A stretch of DNA of 32,000 nt from Vibrio alginolyticus NBRC 15630 = ATCC 17749 (lineage in GTDB: Bacteria; Pseudomonadota; Gammaproteobacteria; Enterobacterales; Vibrionaceae): assembly GCF_000354175.2 (NCBI RefSeq), contig NC_022359.1, positions 210,001 through 242,000 of the forward strand. Reading direction: 5' to 3'. The notes under the pieces were generated by a model. That model was not told the DNA's origin. It did no database searches and was given only the letters and a program-made list of their open reading frames with translations. Below are positions 14,542 to 24,705 of the stretch, in pieces. A program made the translations under genes and the position numbers. Position 1 is the first letter of the stretch. Each line of letters opens with the position of its first letter.

Positions 14542-15248
14542 TCACCTTTTATGCAGTAAAAGTAACCAAAGCCACGCTTGGTACAGATGCGTTCAGACAT
14601 CTCAAACGGCTTCAACTTATGGCGAATGGCTTTGATGTGGGTATCGATATTGCGCTCGTACGCAGCTTCCGGCGCCATGTCAGCAGCGATCATAAGTTGC
14701 TCTCGACTCAATACATTGGAAGAGACGGAAATCAGCCTATCGAGGATCTTAAATTCCACCGCAGTTAACCCAAGCATTTGTCCACCGACACCGTAGTCGA
14801 AGTTCTGCGCAACTAAATCTTGACTAAATTGAGGTTGTTCTGGAACAGCTACAGGCTCTGGTTTGTGCTCCATCATTGGCGCTTTAGCTTTGATTCGAAG
14901 TTTAATGCGAGCCAACATTTCGCGCGGGCTAAATGGCTTAGTCACGTAATCATCCGCGCCAATTTCCAAACCGACTACGCGGTCAATTTCATCGCTTCTT
15001 GCGGTGAGAAAGATTATGGGAATATCAGAAAACTCACGGATGGTTTTGCATAATTCAAAACCATTGCCATCCGGTAAGCCTACGTCTAAGACAAGTAACG
15101 CTGCGGAGTTGTGCTGCAAAAAAGCTAAGCCCTCTCCTGCTGTTGCAAACCACTCTGCGTGGTAGCCATCCATCTCTAATACATGAATCAGGTTCTCTGC
15201 GATAGCAGATTCATCCTCGATAATAAGGACGGTGGGTTGTTCGCTCAA
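14538..15248 (-). CDS. creB: Two-component response regulator CreB (OmpR family)
   Basis: The receiver domain reads VLIIEDE...LVLDVGLPDGNGFELC and is followed by a winged-helix C-terminus. There is no ATG or GTG upstream of the receiver. TTG 15248 has the SD GAGG 8 nt upstream and gives 236 aa. The ORF-track start, TTG 15332, has no SD. Confidence 0.85.
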   Translation of the reverse strand: MSEQPTVLIIEDESAIAENLIHVLEMDGYHAEWFATAGEGLAFLQHNSAALLVLDVGLPDGNGFELCKTIREFSDIPIIFLTARSDEIDRVVGLEIGADDYVTKPFSPREMLARIKLRIKAKAPMMEHKPEPVAVPEQPQFSQDLVAQNFDYGVGGQMLGLTAVEFKILDRLISVSSNVLSREQLMIAADMAPEAAYERNIDTHIKAIRHKLKPFEMSERICTKRGFGYFYCIKGE

Positions 15249-15507
15249 TGTCTTAGCCTCATTGACGGTGTTTATCTTTATGTTGGTATTATCACTTAAT
15301 TTGGGGCCAAGGCTAGTGGATTGATGCAGCAAAGGCGCAGTTCGTGGATAATACTAATCAAACACACTTCTATTCAGCATAATAAATTTATCACTTAGAT
15401 TAATGAGTCACCACAATTGTGAATACAATGATTTCAACCATTGATATGAACAGTGTTCATTTTAAACTCAAGTTATCAATTCGATTTTATTTAAAGGACA
15501 GTCACTG

Positions 15508-16020
15508 ATGAAAAGAGCGCTAATCCCCCTGGCTTTACTGACTTTGCTCTCAGGTTGCGCCAGCATGTCTCCGGATGAGTGCAAAACGGCAAACTGGTAC
15601 AACGTAGGTTATCAAGATGGCCGAGATGGCAACGATCCAAACATTATCAATAGCTATACCGAAGACTGTGGTGAAGCGGGTGTGACACCCGACCGAGCGA
15701 AATGGAAAGAAGGCTTTGATAAAGGCACTATCCAATATTGCTCACCAGACAATGGGTACACTGTCGGTATCGAAGGCAAAGAATATTACGGTGTATGCAG
15801 CAGCAAAGAGTTTATTGAGAACTACCAGTTAGGTCATCAAGAATATCAACGCCAGCAACGCATCCAACAAATCGATACTGAAATCTCGGTCATCGATAAT
15901 CAGCTTGATGGCAATCCAGACAAAGATAATGCCAAGAGACTGAAAGAGAAGAGAAAGCGATTGGCTGACGAGCGTTCAAGCCTCTTGTCGCCAACCATCA
16001 ACTTGAATCTGAATTTCTAA
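15508..16020 (+). CDS. DUF2799-family lipoprotein
   Basis: Signal peptide with lipobox LLSGC. The repeated W(Y/K)..G..DG motifs (ANWYNVGYQDGRDG, AKWKEGFDKG) are typical of DUF2799. The C-terminus is charged and looks coiled-coil. Confidence 0.8.
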   Translation: MKRALIPLALLTLLSGCASMSPDECKTANWYNVGYQDGRDGNDPNIINSYTEDCGEAGVTPDRAKWKEGFDKGTIQYCSPDNGYTVGIEGKEYYGVCSSKEFIENYQLGHQEYQRQQRIQQIDTEISVIDNQLDGNPDKDNAKRLKEKRKRLADERSSLLSPTINLNLNF

Positions 16021-16040
16021 ATCGATTGGATTTAGCTTCT

Positions 16041-16078
16041 AAAAATTCATGGCCCTAGCTCAGTTCTAGGGTCATGAA
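16041..16078 (-). terminator. Hairpin plus U-run terminating the GNAT operon (overlaps its stop codon)
   Basis: 13-bp arms at 16046-16058 and 16066-16078 with one mismatch and a 7-nt loop. TTTTT follows on the minus strand (plus-strand A-run at 16041-16045). Confidence 0.5.
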
Positions 16079-16513
16079 TTGACTGTTCGGATCGAGTTCG
16101 TAATCCCCGAACGGCTCGCAGTACACAAAGCCATGCTTTTCATACAACAGGCGCGCTGGTTTAAAAAACTCCATCGAGCCCGTTTCTAAACTCAAGCGCT
16201 GCAAACCTTTTTGCTTCGCTTGCTCAATCACATGAATCAATAATTGAGATGCCACACCTTGGTTTCTTGCCGTAGGCGTGGTGCGCATGGATTTCAGCTC
16301 CGCGTGTTGGTCATCCAACTCTTTAATCGCCGCACACCCAAGCAGTTGCTCACCTTTCCATCCGGTCCAAAATGTCACTTCTGGCGCTTTGAGCTTATCT
16401 AAATCTAACGCATGCACGCTTTCTGGTGGTGACGTGGCGTACATGTCCTGTAAATGTCCTTCCAACAGCGCTATCACTTGCGGCCGTTCTAAATTGTCGA
16501 TTTCAATCCTCAT
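16055..16513 (-). CDS. GNAT family N-acetyltransferase
   Basis: 152 aa. The acetyl-CoA-binding motif is RNQGVASQLLIHVIEQAKQKG. The general GNAT fold pattern ends in FYEKHGF. Confidence 0.85.
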   Translation of the reverse strand: MRIEIDNLERPQVIALLEGHLQDMYATSPPESVHALDLDKLKAPEVTFWTGWKGEQLLGCAAIKELDDQHAELKSMRTTPTARNQGVASQLLIHVIEQAKQKGLQRLSLETGSMEFFKPARLLYEKHGFVYCEPFGDYELDPNSQFMTLELS

Positions 16514-16537
16514 CTTTCCATCCTTGGTTTTTCCTAG

Positions 16538-17008
16538 CTAAAGCGGCTGTCTCATAATGTGTTGCGGTCCAACGGGGCCTCCGTGGTAAAGCTCATTGGT
16601 ATCTTCAAACCCTGATTTTAAATAGCACTGATAAGCGGGTATGTTGCGGCAATTCACGGTGAGATAAAGCGCATCAAACTCGGGATAATGGCGTTTGGCG
16701 AAATCGGCAAACTGTTGAATGGCTTGCTTGGCGATGCCTTTGCCTTGATGACGGTGATCCACCAGCAAAGCACGTACGCCTAAACTGTTTTTCGGGCAAA
16801 AATCGTATTTCTCGCTGTAAGCAGCATCAAATAGAAAAAAGCCAACCACGTCATCGTCTGCCAAAATCAGATGCGGAAGCTCTGTGGGTTCAAGACGTGT
16901 AAGCATTTCACCCACATCCGCGACCGTAAACTGCGATTGCTCTTCTAGAACGCTAAGTTCGCAAGTGTGTTCATGTCGCTCAGGCGAATACTTTTCAATA
17001 GTAATCAT
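16538..17008 (-). CDS. GNAT family N-acetyltransferase
   Basis: The motif is HQGKGIAKQAIQQFADFAKRH ... YLKSGFE. ATG 17008 (MITIEKY) is preceded by the SD AAGGAAG. The 29-codon upstream extension in the ORF track is unlikely to be translated. Confidence 0.8.
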   Translation of the reverse strand: MITIEKYSPERHEHTCELSVLEEQSQFTVADVGEMLTRLEPTELPHLILADDDVVGFFLFDAAYSEKYDFCPKNSLGVRALLVDHRHQGKGIAKQAIQQFADFAKRHYPEFDALYLTVNCRNIPAYQCYLKSGFEDTNELYHGGPVGPQHIMRQPL

Positions 17009-17140
17009 AATCTTCCTTGTTGTTTTTATGCTCAATTCATACAGGGTATGTCGTAAATAGAAATACCTAGTGTCGTATTTCCCACTCGCAGGCAAACGTT
17101 TAGCACTCTATTATCCTCGCCATTCGATAGAGAGGTTTCC

Positions 17141-18331
17141 ATGTCCCGTTTTTTACTTTGTAGTTTTGCACTCGTTTTACTCTACCCTACTGCCATTGAT
17201 TTGTATCTTGTTGGTTTGCCTCAAATTGCGTCAGATCTCAACGCCAGTGAATCTCAGTTGCATATTGCGTTTTCGATCTATTTAGCTGGCATGGCTACCA
17301 CCATGTTATTCGCGGGGAAAATTGCAGACTCTGTGGGACGAAAGCCTGTTGCCGTCGTCGGCGCGATGATCTTCGTGCTCGCGTCTTTTCTCGGCGGGAT
17401 GGCTGAGCAACCAAACACTTTCTTGATTGCTCGCTTTTGCCAAGGCATCGGGGCTGGATCTTGCTATGTCGTCGCATTCGCGATTTTACGCGACACGTTA
17501 AACGATGAACGCCGCGCGAAAGTATTGTCGATGCTCAATGGCATCACCTGTATCATTCCAGTGATCGCACCCGTGATTGGTCACTTGATTATGCTGAAAT
17601 TTCCTTGGCCGAGTTTGTTTACCACGATGGCAGGAATGGGCATTCTCGTCAGTGTATTGGCCATTTTTGTTCTCAAGGAATCACTACCCAGCCAACAAGG
17701 TGAAGAACAGACAACGCCAGAGAGCCATCAAGAGACTTTCTTCGAGCGATTTTTTATCAGTAGGCTGATCATTACTGCACTTGGAGTGACCACTATCCTG
17801 ACCTTTGTTAACGCTTCACCAATTGTTGTGATGAGTATGCTTGGTTTTGATCGCGGTGGCTATTCTTCCATCATGGCGGGGACTGCGACGATCAGTATGT
17901 TGATTTCGTTCTCGGCGCCATTGGCATTGGGGATTTTCAAGCAGCGAACCTTAATGATGAGCTCTCAAGTATTGCTCGTTTGTTCAGCCATCGTGCTCAG
18001 TGCAGCCCATTTCCATGATGGACAACCTTTTTACTATGTGTTCGGACTTGGGCTGATTTGCGCAGGCTTCGCTTGTGGCTTTGGCGTGGCCATGAGCCAA
18101 GCGCTCAGCCCATTCTCTCAACAAGCTGGCGTGGCAAGCTCGTTACTGGGCATTGCTCAAGTTTGTAGTTCCGCGTTCTATATTTGGTTTATGGGTTTCA
18201 TCGGCGTTACTGCACTGAATATGTTGGTGTTTATCTTAGTGCTAGGTAGCGTAATCAGCCTTGCTCTAATACTATTGATTCCAAAGCCTGTTCACGATAC
18301 CCATTATGAAGAAATCCCTAGCGCGACTTGA
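17141..18331 (+). CDS. mdtL: MFS multidrug efflux transporter MdtL
   Basis: 396 aa, 12 TM. The N-terminus [52 protein letters not shown] is near-colinear with E. coli MdtL as I remember it. It is followed by yidZ, as in E. coli. Confidence 0.9.
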   Translation: MSRFLLCSFALVLLYPTAIDLYLVGLPQIASDLNASESQLHIAFSIYLAGMATTMLFAGKIADSVGRKPVAVVGAMIFVLASFLGGMAEQPNTFLIARFCQGIGAGSCYVVAFAILRDTLNDERRAKVLSMLNGITCIIPVIAPVIGHLIMLKFPWPSLFTTMAGMGILVSVLAIFVLKESLPSQQGEEQTTPESHQETFFERFFISRLIITALGVTTILTFVNASPIVVMSMLGFDRGGYSSIMAGTATISMLISFSAPLALGIFKQRTLMMSSQVLLVCSAIVLSAAHFHDGQPFYYVFGLGLICAGFACGFGVAMSQALSPFSQQAGVASSLLGIAQVCSSAFYIWFMGFIGVTALNMLVFILVLGSVISLALILLIPKPVHDTHYEEIPSAT

Positions 18332-19274
18332 TTTAAACTTAATGTTCACTCTGCAATTATTGTTGCAAGAGCAAAGCGTCTCGAAAACCTCGAAAAAGCT
18401 GAACGTTACGCCCTCTACCGTAAGTAAGTCGCTCAACAAACTTCGTCATTGGTTCGATGATCCTTTGTTTGTCAAAACACCTAAAGGTCTTGCGCCAACG
18501 CCCTTGGCGCAAAGCATGGAGCAAGATCTTGCAGAATGGCTGCAAATTGGCTGCCAGATTGCAGAAAAACGCAGCGATATTACGCCTAAAGGAGTGCGTT
18601 TTGATATCACGATTGAGTCGCCATTAGTGCTCACAATGCTGGACAGACTCATCGTCGCTATCCACCAGCGATACCCTGAAGCGAAAGTAAAAACCAGTAA
18701 CTGGGATTACGACTCACTCGACGCCATCATTCGAGGCGAGGCGGATATCGGTTTTACCGGCCGAGAGAGTCACCCGAGATCGAAAGAGTCGTTGGATCTT
18801 CTGCCGTATTTCTTGGATTTTGAGATTCTATTTTATGACCTGCCGATGGTGTATTTACATAAAGATCATCCGGCATTACAGCAAGAGTGGAATCTCGAGA
18901 CCTTTCTGAGCTACCAACACATCAATATTGTTTGGGAAAAAAGTGAAACTTGGGCGTTGGATGAAGTATTAACGGAACTAGGGCTACAGCGCTCTATCGG
19001 GCTGACGATGTCCAACTTTGAGCAATCCCTTTTTATGGCAGCGCAGCCGACGCATGACATGATCACCACCGCGCCGCACTATTGCAAAAGTTACACAGAA
19101 AAGCTGCATCTCGATTTGGTGTGCTTGCCAATTCCATTAGACCAAGCTCAACAAGACAAGTTACTGATTCCATTTACCATGATTTGGCATAAACGCAATG
19201 CGTACAATCCCAAATTGCTATGGTTGAAAAACACCATTAAGTCATTGTACAAACAACCTTCCCAACCACAGTAA
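18306..19274 (+). CDS. yidZ: LysR family transcriptional regulator YidZ
   Basis: The N-terminal [52 protein letters not shown] matches E. coli YidZ as remembered. The gene overlaps mdtL by 26 nt. Confidence 0.85.
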   Translation: MKKSLARLDLNLMFTLQLLLQEQSVSKTSKKLNVTPSTVSKSLNKLRHWFDDPLFVKTPKGLAPTPLAQSMEQDLAEWLQIGCQIAEKRSDITPKGVRFDITIESPLVLTMLDRLIVAIHQRYPEAKVKTSNWDYDSLDAIIRGEADIGFTGRESHPRSKESLDLLPYFLDFEILFYDLPMVYLHKDHPALQQEWNLETFLSYQHINIVWEKSETWALDEVLTELGLQRSIGLTMSNFEQSLFMAAQPTHDMITTAPHYCKSYTEKLHLDLVCLPIPLDQAQQDKLLIPFTMIWHKRNAYNPKLLWLKNTIKSLYKQPSQPQ

Positions 19275-19415
19275 GACTCAGGCTAAGGTCAGGTTTTCTC
19301 TGGTTATTTTTAATGACTTTCTTGCTCTGATAGCTATAACTAATCACTTTATCAACTAATAAAAATGTTCTTTTGGATCTACACTAGCTGTTCATTTACA
19401 CGCTAAGGATCAAGG

Positions 19416-20285
19416 ATGTCGACCTTTTTACTCACTGCCATTGCGATGCTGGCGTTCGCTGCCAATTCATTATTGTGTCGACTTGCCTTAGCAGAAGGGT
19501 TAATTGATGCAGGAAGCTTCACGCTCGTTCGATTGATATCCGGCGATGTTATCTTAATCACAATGCTTGTCGTGAGAGGTCAGTGGAAAACCGATCGGCC
19601 AACTTCTCGCTTTCGCTTTTTTGCTGGCGTGGCGTTATTTGGTTACGCTGCCCTTTTCTCTTTCGCGTACTTACAACTGGCGACAGGAACCGGTGCTTTG
19701 CTTTTGTTTGGTGCCGTGCAACTTACATTACTGGCGATCTATTGGTGGCAAGGTGAGCGCTTTCAGTTTCTCGAAATCATCGGTATCGGCCTTTCAATTG
19801 TTGGGTTTGTTTGGTTGATGTTGCCATCTGCCACGCGCCCCGATATTAGCTCTGCACTTCTCATGTTGATTTCTGGCGTTTGTTGGGCTGCGTTTACTGC
19901 GCTCGGTAAACAAGCGCCTTCTCCAAGTAGTGGCATCACGTGGGGATTCATCGCTGCATCAATAATTGGCGTGCTCCTTTCGCCATTAATCTTGTCCTCA
20001 ATCCACCTTTCTTTGAGCGGAGTGTTGCTCGCTATCGCATCTGGTGCCATTGCCTCTGGCCTTGGTTATACGCTTTGGTATCAAGTAATGCGTAAGCTCT
20101 CTTTGCTTCAAGCCGCCGTCAGCCAACTTTCCGTGCCAGCCATTGCTTTGCTACTCGGCACCGTCGTACTCCACGAGCCTCTTTCACTGCATATTCTTTT
20201 AACCAGCGGCATCATTCTTGGTGGCATCGCTTTGGTTTTTTTATCTCGATCCAAAAAAACAAACGAACAATCGGCAAGCCGATAA
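19416..20285 (+). CDS. EamA/DMT family transporter
   Basis: 289 aa with about 10 TM helices in two EamA-like halves. An SD AAGGATCAAGG is present. Confidence 0.85.
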   Translation: MSTFLLTAIAMLAFAANSLLCRLALAEGLIDAGSFTLVRLISGDVILITMLVVRGQWKTDRPTSRFRFFAGVALFGYAALFSFAYLQLATGTGALLLFGAVQLTLLAIYWWQGERFQFLEIIGIGLSIVGFVWLMLPSATRPDISSALLMLISGVCWAAFTALGKQAPSPSSGITWGFIAASIIGVLLSPLILSSIHLSLSGVLLAIASGAIASGLGYTLWYQVMRKLSLLQAAVSQLSVPAIALLLGTVVLHEPLSLHILLTSGIILGGIALVFLSRSKKTNEQSASR

Positions 20286-20673
20286 AAAGTAATAACTTTC
20301 CCTCTCAAGTACCCATTCATCATCTATGCTTTTTAAAGCAGTAAAGCTCATTGCAGATGGTACAAGTGGTCTGCTTTGGTACCAGGCGAAGAATATAAGG
20401 TGAGAATTGGCTCACACAATGCAGCGATTTTGTTTCAAAAGTGAGAATCATCACAGATCGCGAATTTGCTCGTTTTAGGCGTTTCACCAATAACGCCAAG
20501 GGCTAGCACGAGATCAAGCCAAATACGCACTTTTTGTTTTGACAAAGGGTTTACAAAGCACACTTTTTCACCCGCTATATTCCGCCCCCCGAATTTATTC
20601 AGAACAAGATTCGGATTATTCATATAAGAAATTCATCAACTTATAACGATAAGCCTGAGCAAACTTTGACACT

Positions 20674-22848
20674 ATGAACGACAAAATAAAATTCGCTATT
20701 AAAGTATCGCTTAGCCTGACTCTGGCTTATCTAATCCCGTTTGCCATGGGTTGGCCGCAAGCATCGACGGCCGCAACCACAGTGATGCTGATTGCATCCA
20801 CAGGCAGTCGTCGTGAATCACTCGCCAAAGGTACCTTACGCGTGTTAGGTACATTGGTTGGTGCCGTGGTTGGCTTGTTACTGGTGGGGTTGTTTGCTCA
20901 AGACCGCTTGCTGTACATGCTGAGCGTGTCGGTTGTGGTCTCATTCATTTTTTACTTCCGTAATGCCTATCAAAAAGATCCTACGCTACTCATGCTGACC
21001 GGTGTGATGACGTTGATGATGTCCAATGGCGGTGACGCAGAAGGTGCGTTCCTTTATGGCGTTGACCGCGCCTATATGACGGTGTTTGGGGTGGTGGTTT
21101 ACACACTCGTGGGGACTTTCTTATTCCCGACCAAAACAGAACAAAACCTAAGACAGCTCATCGAACAACTCAACCAAGCACAACGCGCGTTGTTCACCGC
21201 TATCTTGCAAAATTTCGAGCAAAAATCGGCAGGGCAAATCTCTCCTCAAGAAGGCGGAGAAGAAAATCCAGAAGCTGAAGAGCCACAACCTAGCGTGGAC
21301 ACTCTCATCGAACAGATGTTTGCCGCCCAAAATGCGCTCGAACAGCGTTTTGCCACAGTCAGTGTGGAATGCAGCGACGTGTCGGCCTACATGAAAGAGT
21401 GGCGCTTGGCGGTTCATTTGAACAAGCAAGTAACGCAACAATTGACCGTTGCGGCGCACAGCCACTTTAGCCACCAACAAGACCGTGAAAGCATCAGCAA
21501 CTTTGATCAAGCCGTGGCGGAAATTGACGCGCTATTTGATACCTGCCAACAAGTCTGGGACGAAAAAGAACCCGCTTATCGTGCTCAGGAGTTCAAAGTC
21601 AAATACAACCAAGCGTTGCTAGAAGACGCAGCTCACCTAGAGAAAGGCTCTGCGCTTACGCTTGGTCACCTGTTGGAACTGATGCATCAAAACTTGTCGC
21701 GTTTAGCGGAGAGCATTAGCTGTATTGACTCTGTGACGAACAATGTCTCCTTTGACGTGCCACTGCCGAAACCGAAAGGCAAGTTTCTATGGTGGGACGC
21801 AGAAAACTTTAAAACTGCGGTCAAAACCTTTGTTACCTATTGGGTTGCAGGACTGATTTGGATTTATTTCAATCCACCAGGCGGCTACTCGTTCGTGGTC
21901 TTCTCGACCATGTTTATGTCTTTGCTGTCGTTCGTACCTGTGCACCCGATATTGTTACTTGTGCTGTTCACTTTCGGCTTCTTGTTCGCGGTGCCTTCTT
22001 ACGTCTTCATTCTTCCGCAATTGGATCTCGGGTTAGAACTTGGCCTGTTCATCTTTATCTACACCTTTATCGGCTTTTATCTGTTTAACGGGCCAGTGAC
22101 GATTTTCTACATGGTGGGCTTGTTTGTTCTGGGTTTAGACAACAACATGTTCTATCACTTCGGGATCCTCATGACGATCATGCTGTTGTTCTACATGGTG
22201 GTGTTCATGATTATTTTCGCGCACTACTTCCCGTTTAGCTCACGACCAGAACACCTCTTTTTGACCATAAAAGAACGCTACTTCCGACATACCCGAGAGC
22301 TGTTCACTACCTATCAACAGCAGTCCAGCTCGGTTATTACGCCGCTCAAACGGGCCTTGCACTTGGTGACGCTCAATGTCTCATCGAAAAAGCTCAAAGT
22401 CTGGGGTTCGAAAATCAACCACAAACACTTTGATAAAACCACGCCAGAAGCGATTGGCGCGTTTAGCAAAGCGTGTGATGTACTCAGTAATCACATCAAC
22501 ATCTTAATGGCCGCCGAGAAAAAGTTGATGGCCAATCCGCTGATTACTCAGCTTCGTCAACAACACCGCGATTCCATCATTCCTTTGATGGCAGGCGCTT
22601 TAGCCAGCCATCAAGCAACACAAGAACTCGACTCCGTATTCGACCAATACAGTCAGGATTACCAAACATTCGAAGATAAACTGGAAGATTTTTTTAGTGA
22701 GTTGGATTTATCTGACTACGCTTATTCAGAGATAGCCGGTTTTTATATCTTGCTGAATTTAAAACGGAACGTGTTCGAAGCAATCAAGCATTGCAAGCAA
22801 ACCTACGAGGATATCGATTGGGTGAACTTACAACAGAAGCGTTTTTAA
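20674..22848 (+). CDS. FUSC (fusaric-acid-resistance / AaeB-like) family inner-membrane efflux protein
   Basis: 724 aa. Two hydrophobic multi-TM blocks (N-terminal and central) are separated by long helical cytoplasmic regions. The N-terminus IKFAIKVSLSLTLAYLI is typical of FUSC. It is followed by OMF, DUF1656 and HlyD genes. Confidence 0.85.
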   Translation: MNDKIKFAIKVSLSLTLAYLIPFAMGWPQASTAATTVMLIASTGSRRESLAKGTLRVLGTLVGAVVGLLLVGLFAQDRLLYMLSVSVVVSFIFYFRNAYQKDPTLLMLTGVMTLMMSNGGDAEGAFLYGVDRAYMTVFGVVVYTLVGTFLFPTKTEQNLRQLIEQLNQAQRALFTAILQNFEQKSAGQISPQEGGEENPEAEEPQPSVDTLIEQMFAAQNALEQRFATVSVECSDVSAYMKEWRLAVHLNKQVTQQLTVAAHSHFSHQQDRESISNFDQAVAEIDALFDTCQQVWDEKEPAYRAQEFKVKYNQALLEDAAHLEKGSALTLGHLLELMHQNLSRLAESISCIDSVTNNVSFDVPLPKPKGKFLWWDAENFKTAVKTFVTYWVAGLIWIYFNPPGGYSFVVFSTMFMSLLSFVPVHPILLLVLFTFGFLFAVPSYVFILPQLDLGLELGLFIFIYTFIGFYLFNGPVTIFYMVGLFVLGLDNNMFYHFGILMTIMLLFYMVVFMIIFAHYFPFSSRPEHLFLTIKERYFRHTRELFTTYQQQSSSVITPLKRALHLVTLNVSSKKLKVWGSKINHKHFDKTTPEAIGAFSKACDVLSNHINILMAAEKKLMANPLITQLRQQHRDSIIPLMAGALASHQATQELDSVFDQYSQDYQTFEDKLEDFFSELDLSDYAYSEIAGFYILLNLKRNVFEAIKHCKQTYEDIDWVNLQQKRF

Positions 22849-22858
22849 AGGTGGGGAT

Positions 22859-24502
22859 ATGATGCTTCCAAAACTAACCAAACCAAGCCTCGCCATACTT
22901 TCTTTGCTCGGACTCAGTGCGTGTACCACGGTAGGACCAGATTATGTTCATCCAAAGCAGGCGCCACTGCCAAGTGACTGGTCGGTGCAAAAAGCAGCCA
23001 AAGATACGCAGCAATCAGAGCAACAGCTACAACAATGGTGGCAGCAATTTAATGACTCAACTCTTAATCAGCTGGTTGAGTTGGCGAGCAAACAAAACCT
23101 CGATTTAGAAGCCGCAGGGCTACGAATTGTCCAAGCACGTTCATTGCTTGGTATTTCGACTGGCTTGCAATACCCACAAGTTCAAACCGTGTCAGGAAAC
23201 CTAGCGCGTGCCTACGTAAATGATCAGGGCGTGAATAACGCCACTTTGTCGTTTGATGCTGCTTGGGAAATGGATGTTTGGGGCAAGTATGCTCGCGGTA
23301 TTGAGTCGGCAGAAGCGGGTTACTACGCATCCATCGCATCGTATCACGACATCATGGTCACCATAACCGCCGAAGTGGCGCGCAATTACATCAACTATCG
23401 CACATTCCAAGAACGTATTTTGCTGTCTCGCCGCAATATCGAGATTCAAGAGCGTGTCGTCCGCATTACACAGGTGCAGTTCGACTCTGGCAACGTTACA
23501 GAATTGGACGTTCAACAAGCTAAAAACCAACTCTACACCACCAAAGCAGCGCTACCGAGCCTCGAAGTGGCAATGAAGCAATCACGTACTGTGTTGGCTT
23601 TGCTACTGGGTCTGTTACCAGAAGAAGTAGATGGACTGCTACAGTCGGATGGGATGCACAAGCAAATCGCTGAGTACGAAGCCCAGTTCAAATCAACGGG
23701 CAGAAAATCGGCGCTATCGGGCACCGACGAGCGCTCCATTGTGCCACGTCCACCGCTTTTGGATACGCAAGTGGATGCTAACTTAGTGATGCGACGTCCG
23801 GATTTGCAAGTCTCTGAGATGCAAGCTCGCGCGCAAAGTGCGCAGATTGGCGTGGCAGAAACCGCTCTGTACCCAAGCTTTTCGTTGTTCGGTTCCATCG
23901 GTATCGACAGTACGGTTCCCGATGGCAGCAGTTTCAGTTTTAGCGATTCGCTCACCATGGTGGTTGGCCCAACGTTCAGTTGGAACATTTTCCAATACGG
24001 ACGCGTGAAAAATAACATTCGTTTCGAAGATGCTCGCTTCCAAGAAACGCTGACGAACTACAACAAAAAGGTACTGCAAGCCGTTAATGAAGTCACCAAT
24101 GCAATCGAAGCGTATGACCTGTATTTGCAGCAAAAAGATTTACGCTTGCAATCGGTCAACTCTTCCATTCGTGCGTTCAACATATCCATGACACAGTACG
24201 AAAACGGACAAATTTCATTCGAACGTCTGCTTAACTCGGTAGAAAAAATGACCCGCGCAGAAGACAGCTACGCAACGATCAAAGGTAATGTTGCGAACCA
24301 AGTTGTCGCGCTCTACAAAGCCCTCGGTGGAGGCTGGCAAACCCAAACAGGCAAGCCTTTCATCAGTGAATCGATTGCCACGCAGATGACAGAGCGCACT
24401 GACTGGGGAAGTTATTTAAATGAAGAAAACCGCGTATTGCCGCCTTTGCGACTCGAAACTCCGGCTGAGACCAGTGATGAAAACAAAACGGAGGATCGGT
24501 AA
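22859..24502 (+). CDS. Efflux outer-membrane factor lipoprotein, NodT family
   Basis: Lipobox LGLSAC followed by TTVGPDY. WWQQFNDSTLNQLV and LYKALGGGW are hallmark NodT/OprM motifs. Confidence 0.9.
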   Translation: MMLPKLTKPSLAILSLLGLSACTTVGPDYVHPKQAPLPSDWSVQKAAKDTQQSEQQLQQWWQQFNDSTLNQLVELASKQNLDLEAAGLRIVQARSLLGISTGLQYPQVQTVSGNLARAYVNDQGVNNATLSFDAAWEMDVWGKYARGIESAEAGYYASIASYHDIMVTITAEVARNYINYRTFQERILLSRRNIEIQERVVRITQVQFDSGNVTELDVQQAKNQLYTTKAALPSLEVAMKQSRTVLALLLGLLPEEVDGLLQSDGMHKQIAEYEAQFKSTGRKSALSGTDERSIVPRPPLLDTQVDANLVMRRPDLQVSEMQARAQSAQIGVAETALYPSFSLFGSIGIDSTVPDGSSFSFSDSLTMVVGPTFSWNIFQYGRVKNNIRFEDARFQETLTNYNKKVLQAVNEVTNAIEAYDLYLQQKDLRLQSVNSSIRAFNISMTQYENGQISFERLLNSVEKMTRAEDSYATIKGNVANQVVALYKALGGGWQTQTGKPFISESIATQMTERTDWGSYLNEENRVLPPLRLETPAETSDENKTEDR

Positions 24503-24705
24503 TGCCTCATGAACTCTCTTGGGGAGACGTTTACTTTTCTCCTACGCTACTCGTGCTCTTTCTCGCCGTCACGGCCACGTGGATAACGGTGATGATATTG
24601 AACAAGACACGTTTGTCTCGCTTCATCGCTTTTCCGTCTCTGACGTTTATTGCCATCATGGTCGGTTATGTGGTGGCCATCGACAGCTTTTATATTCAAT
24701 TTTAG
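24502..24705 (+). CDS. DUF1656 (AaeX-like) small membrane protein
   Basis: 67 aa, 2 TM. It sits between the OMF and HlyD genes, as in FUSC-type efflux operons. Its ATG overlaps the OMF TAA. Confidence 0.8.
   Translation: MPHELSWGDVYFSPTLLVLFLAVTATWITVMILNKTRLSRFIAFPSLTFIAIMVGYVVAIDSFYIQF

Noticed and set aside
17070-17285. 71-aa plus-strand ORF overlapping the mdtL start
   Set aside because: It is out of frame with mdtL, whose N-terminus is strongly supported by similarity to E. coli MdtL. It starts inside the upstream-extension region of the divergent GNAT ORF.
20276-20283. GCCGATAA, identical to the sigma-28 -10 consensus, which was of interest because a lateral sigma-28 is encoded in the window
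   Set aside because: There is no TAAA -35 element at the required 15-nt spacing. The motif lies in the last codons of the EamA CDS. The next plus-strand gene is about 390 nt away.
20435-20623. 62-aa minus-strand ORF upstream of the FUSC gene
   Set aside because: It has no SD and no recognisable fold or motif. It lies in the likely promoter and leader region of the efflux operon. It cannot be fully excluded, but it is unsupported.
23064-24133. Minus-strand ORFs inside the OMF gene (23064-23339, 23201-23530, 23533-24018, 23783-24133)
   Set aside because: They are antisense shadows of the NodT-family CDS, which has a lipobox and hallmark motifs.
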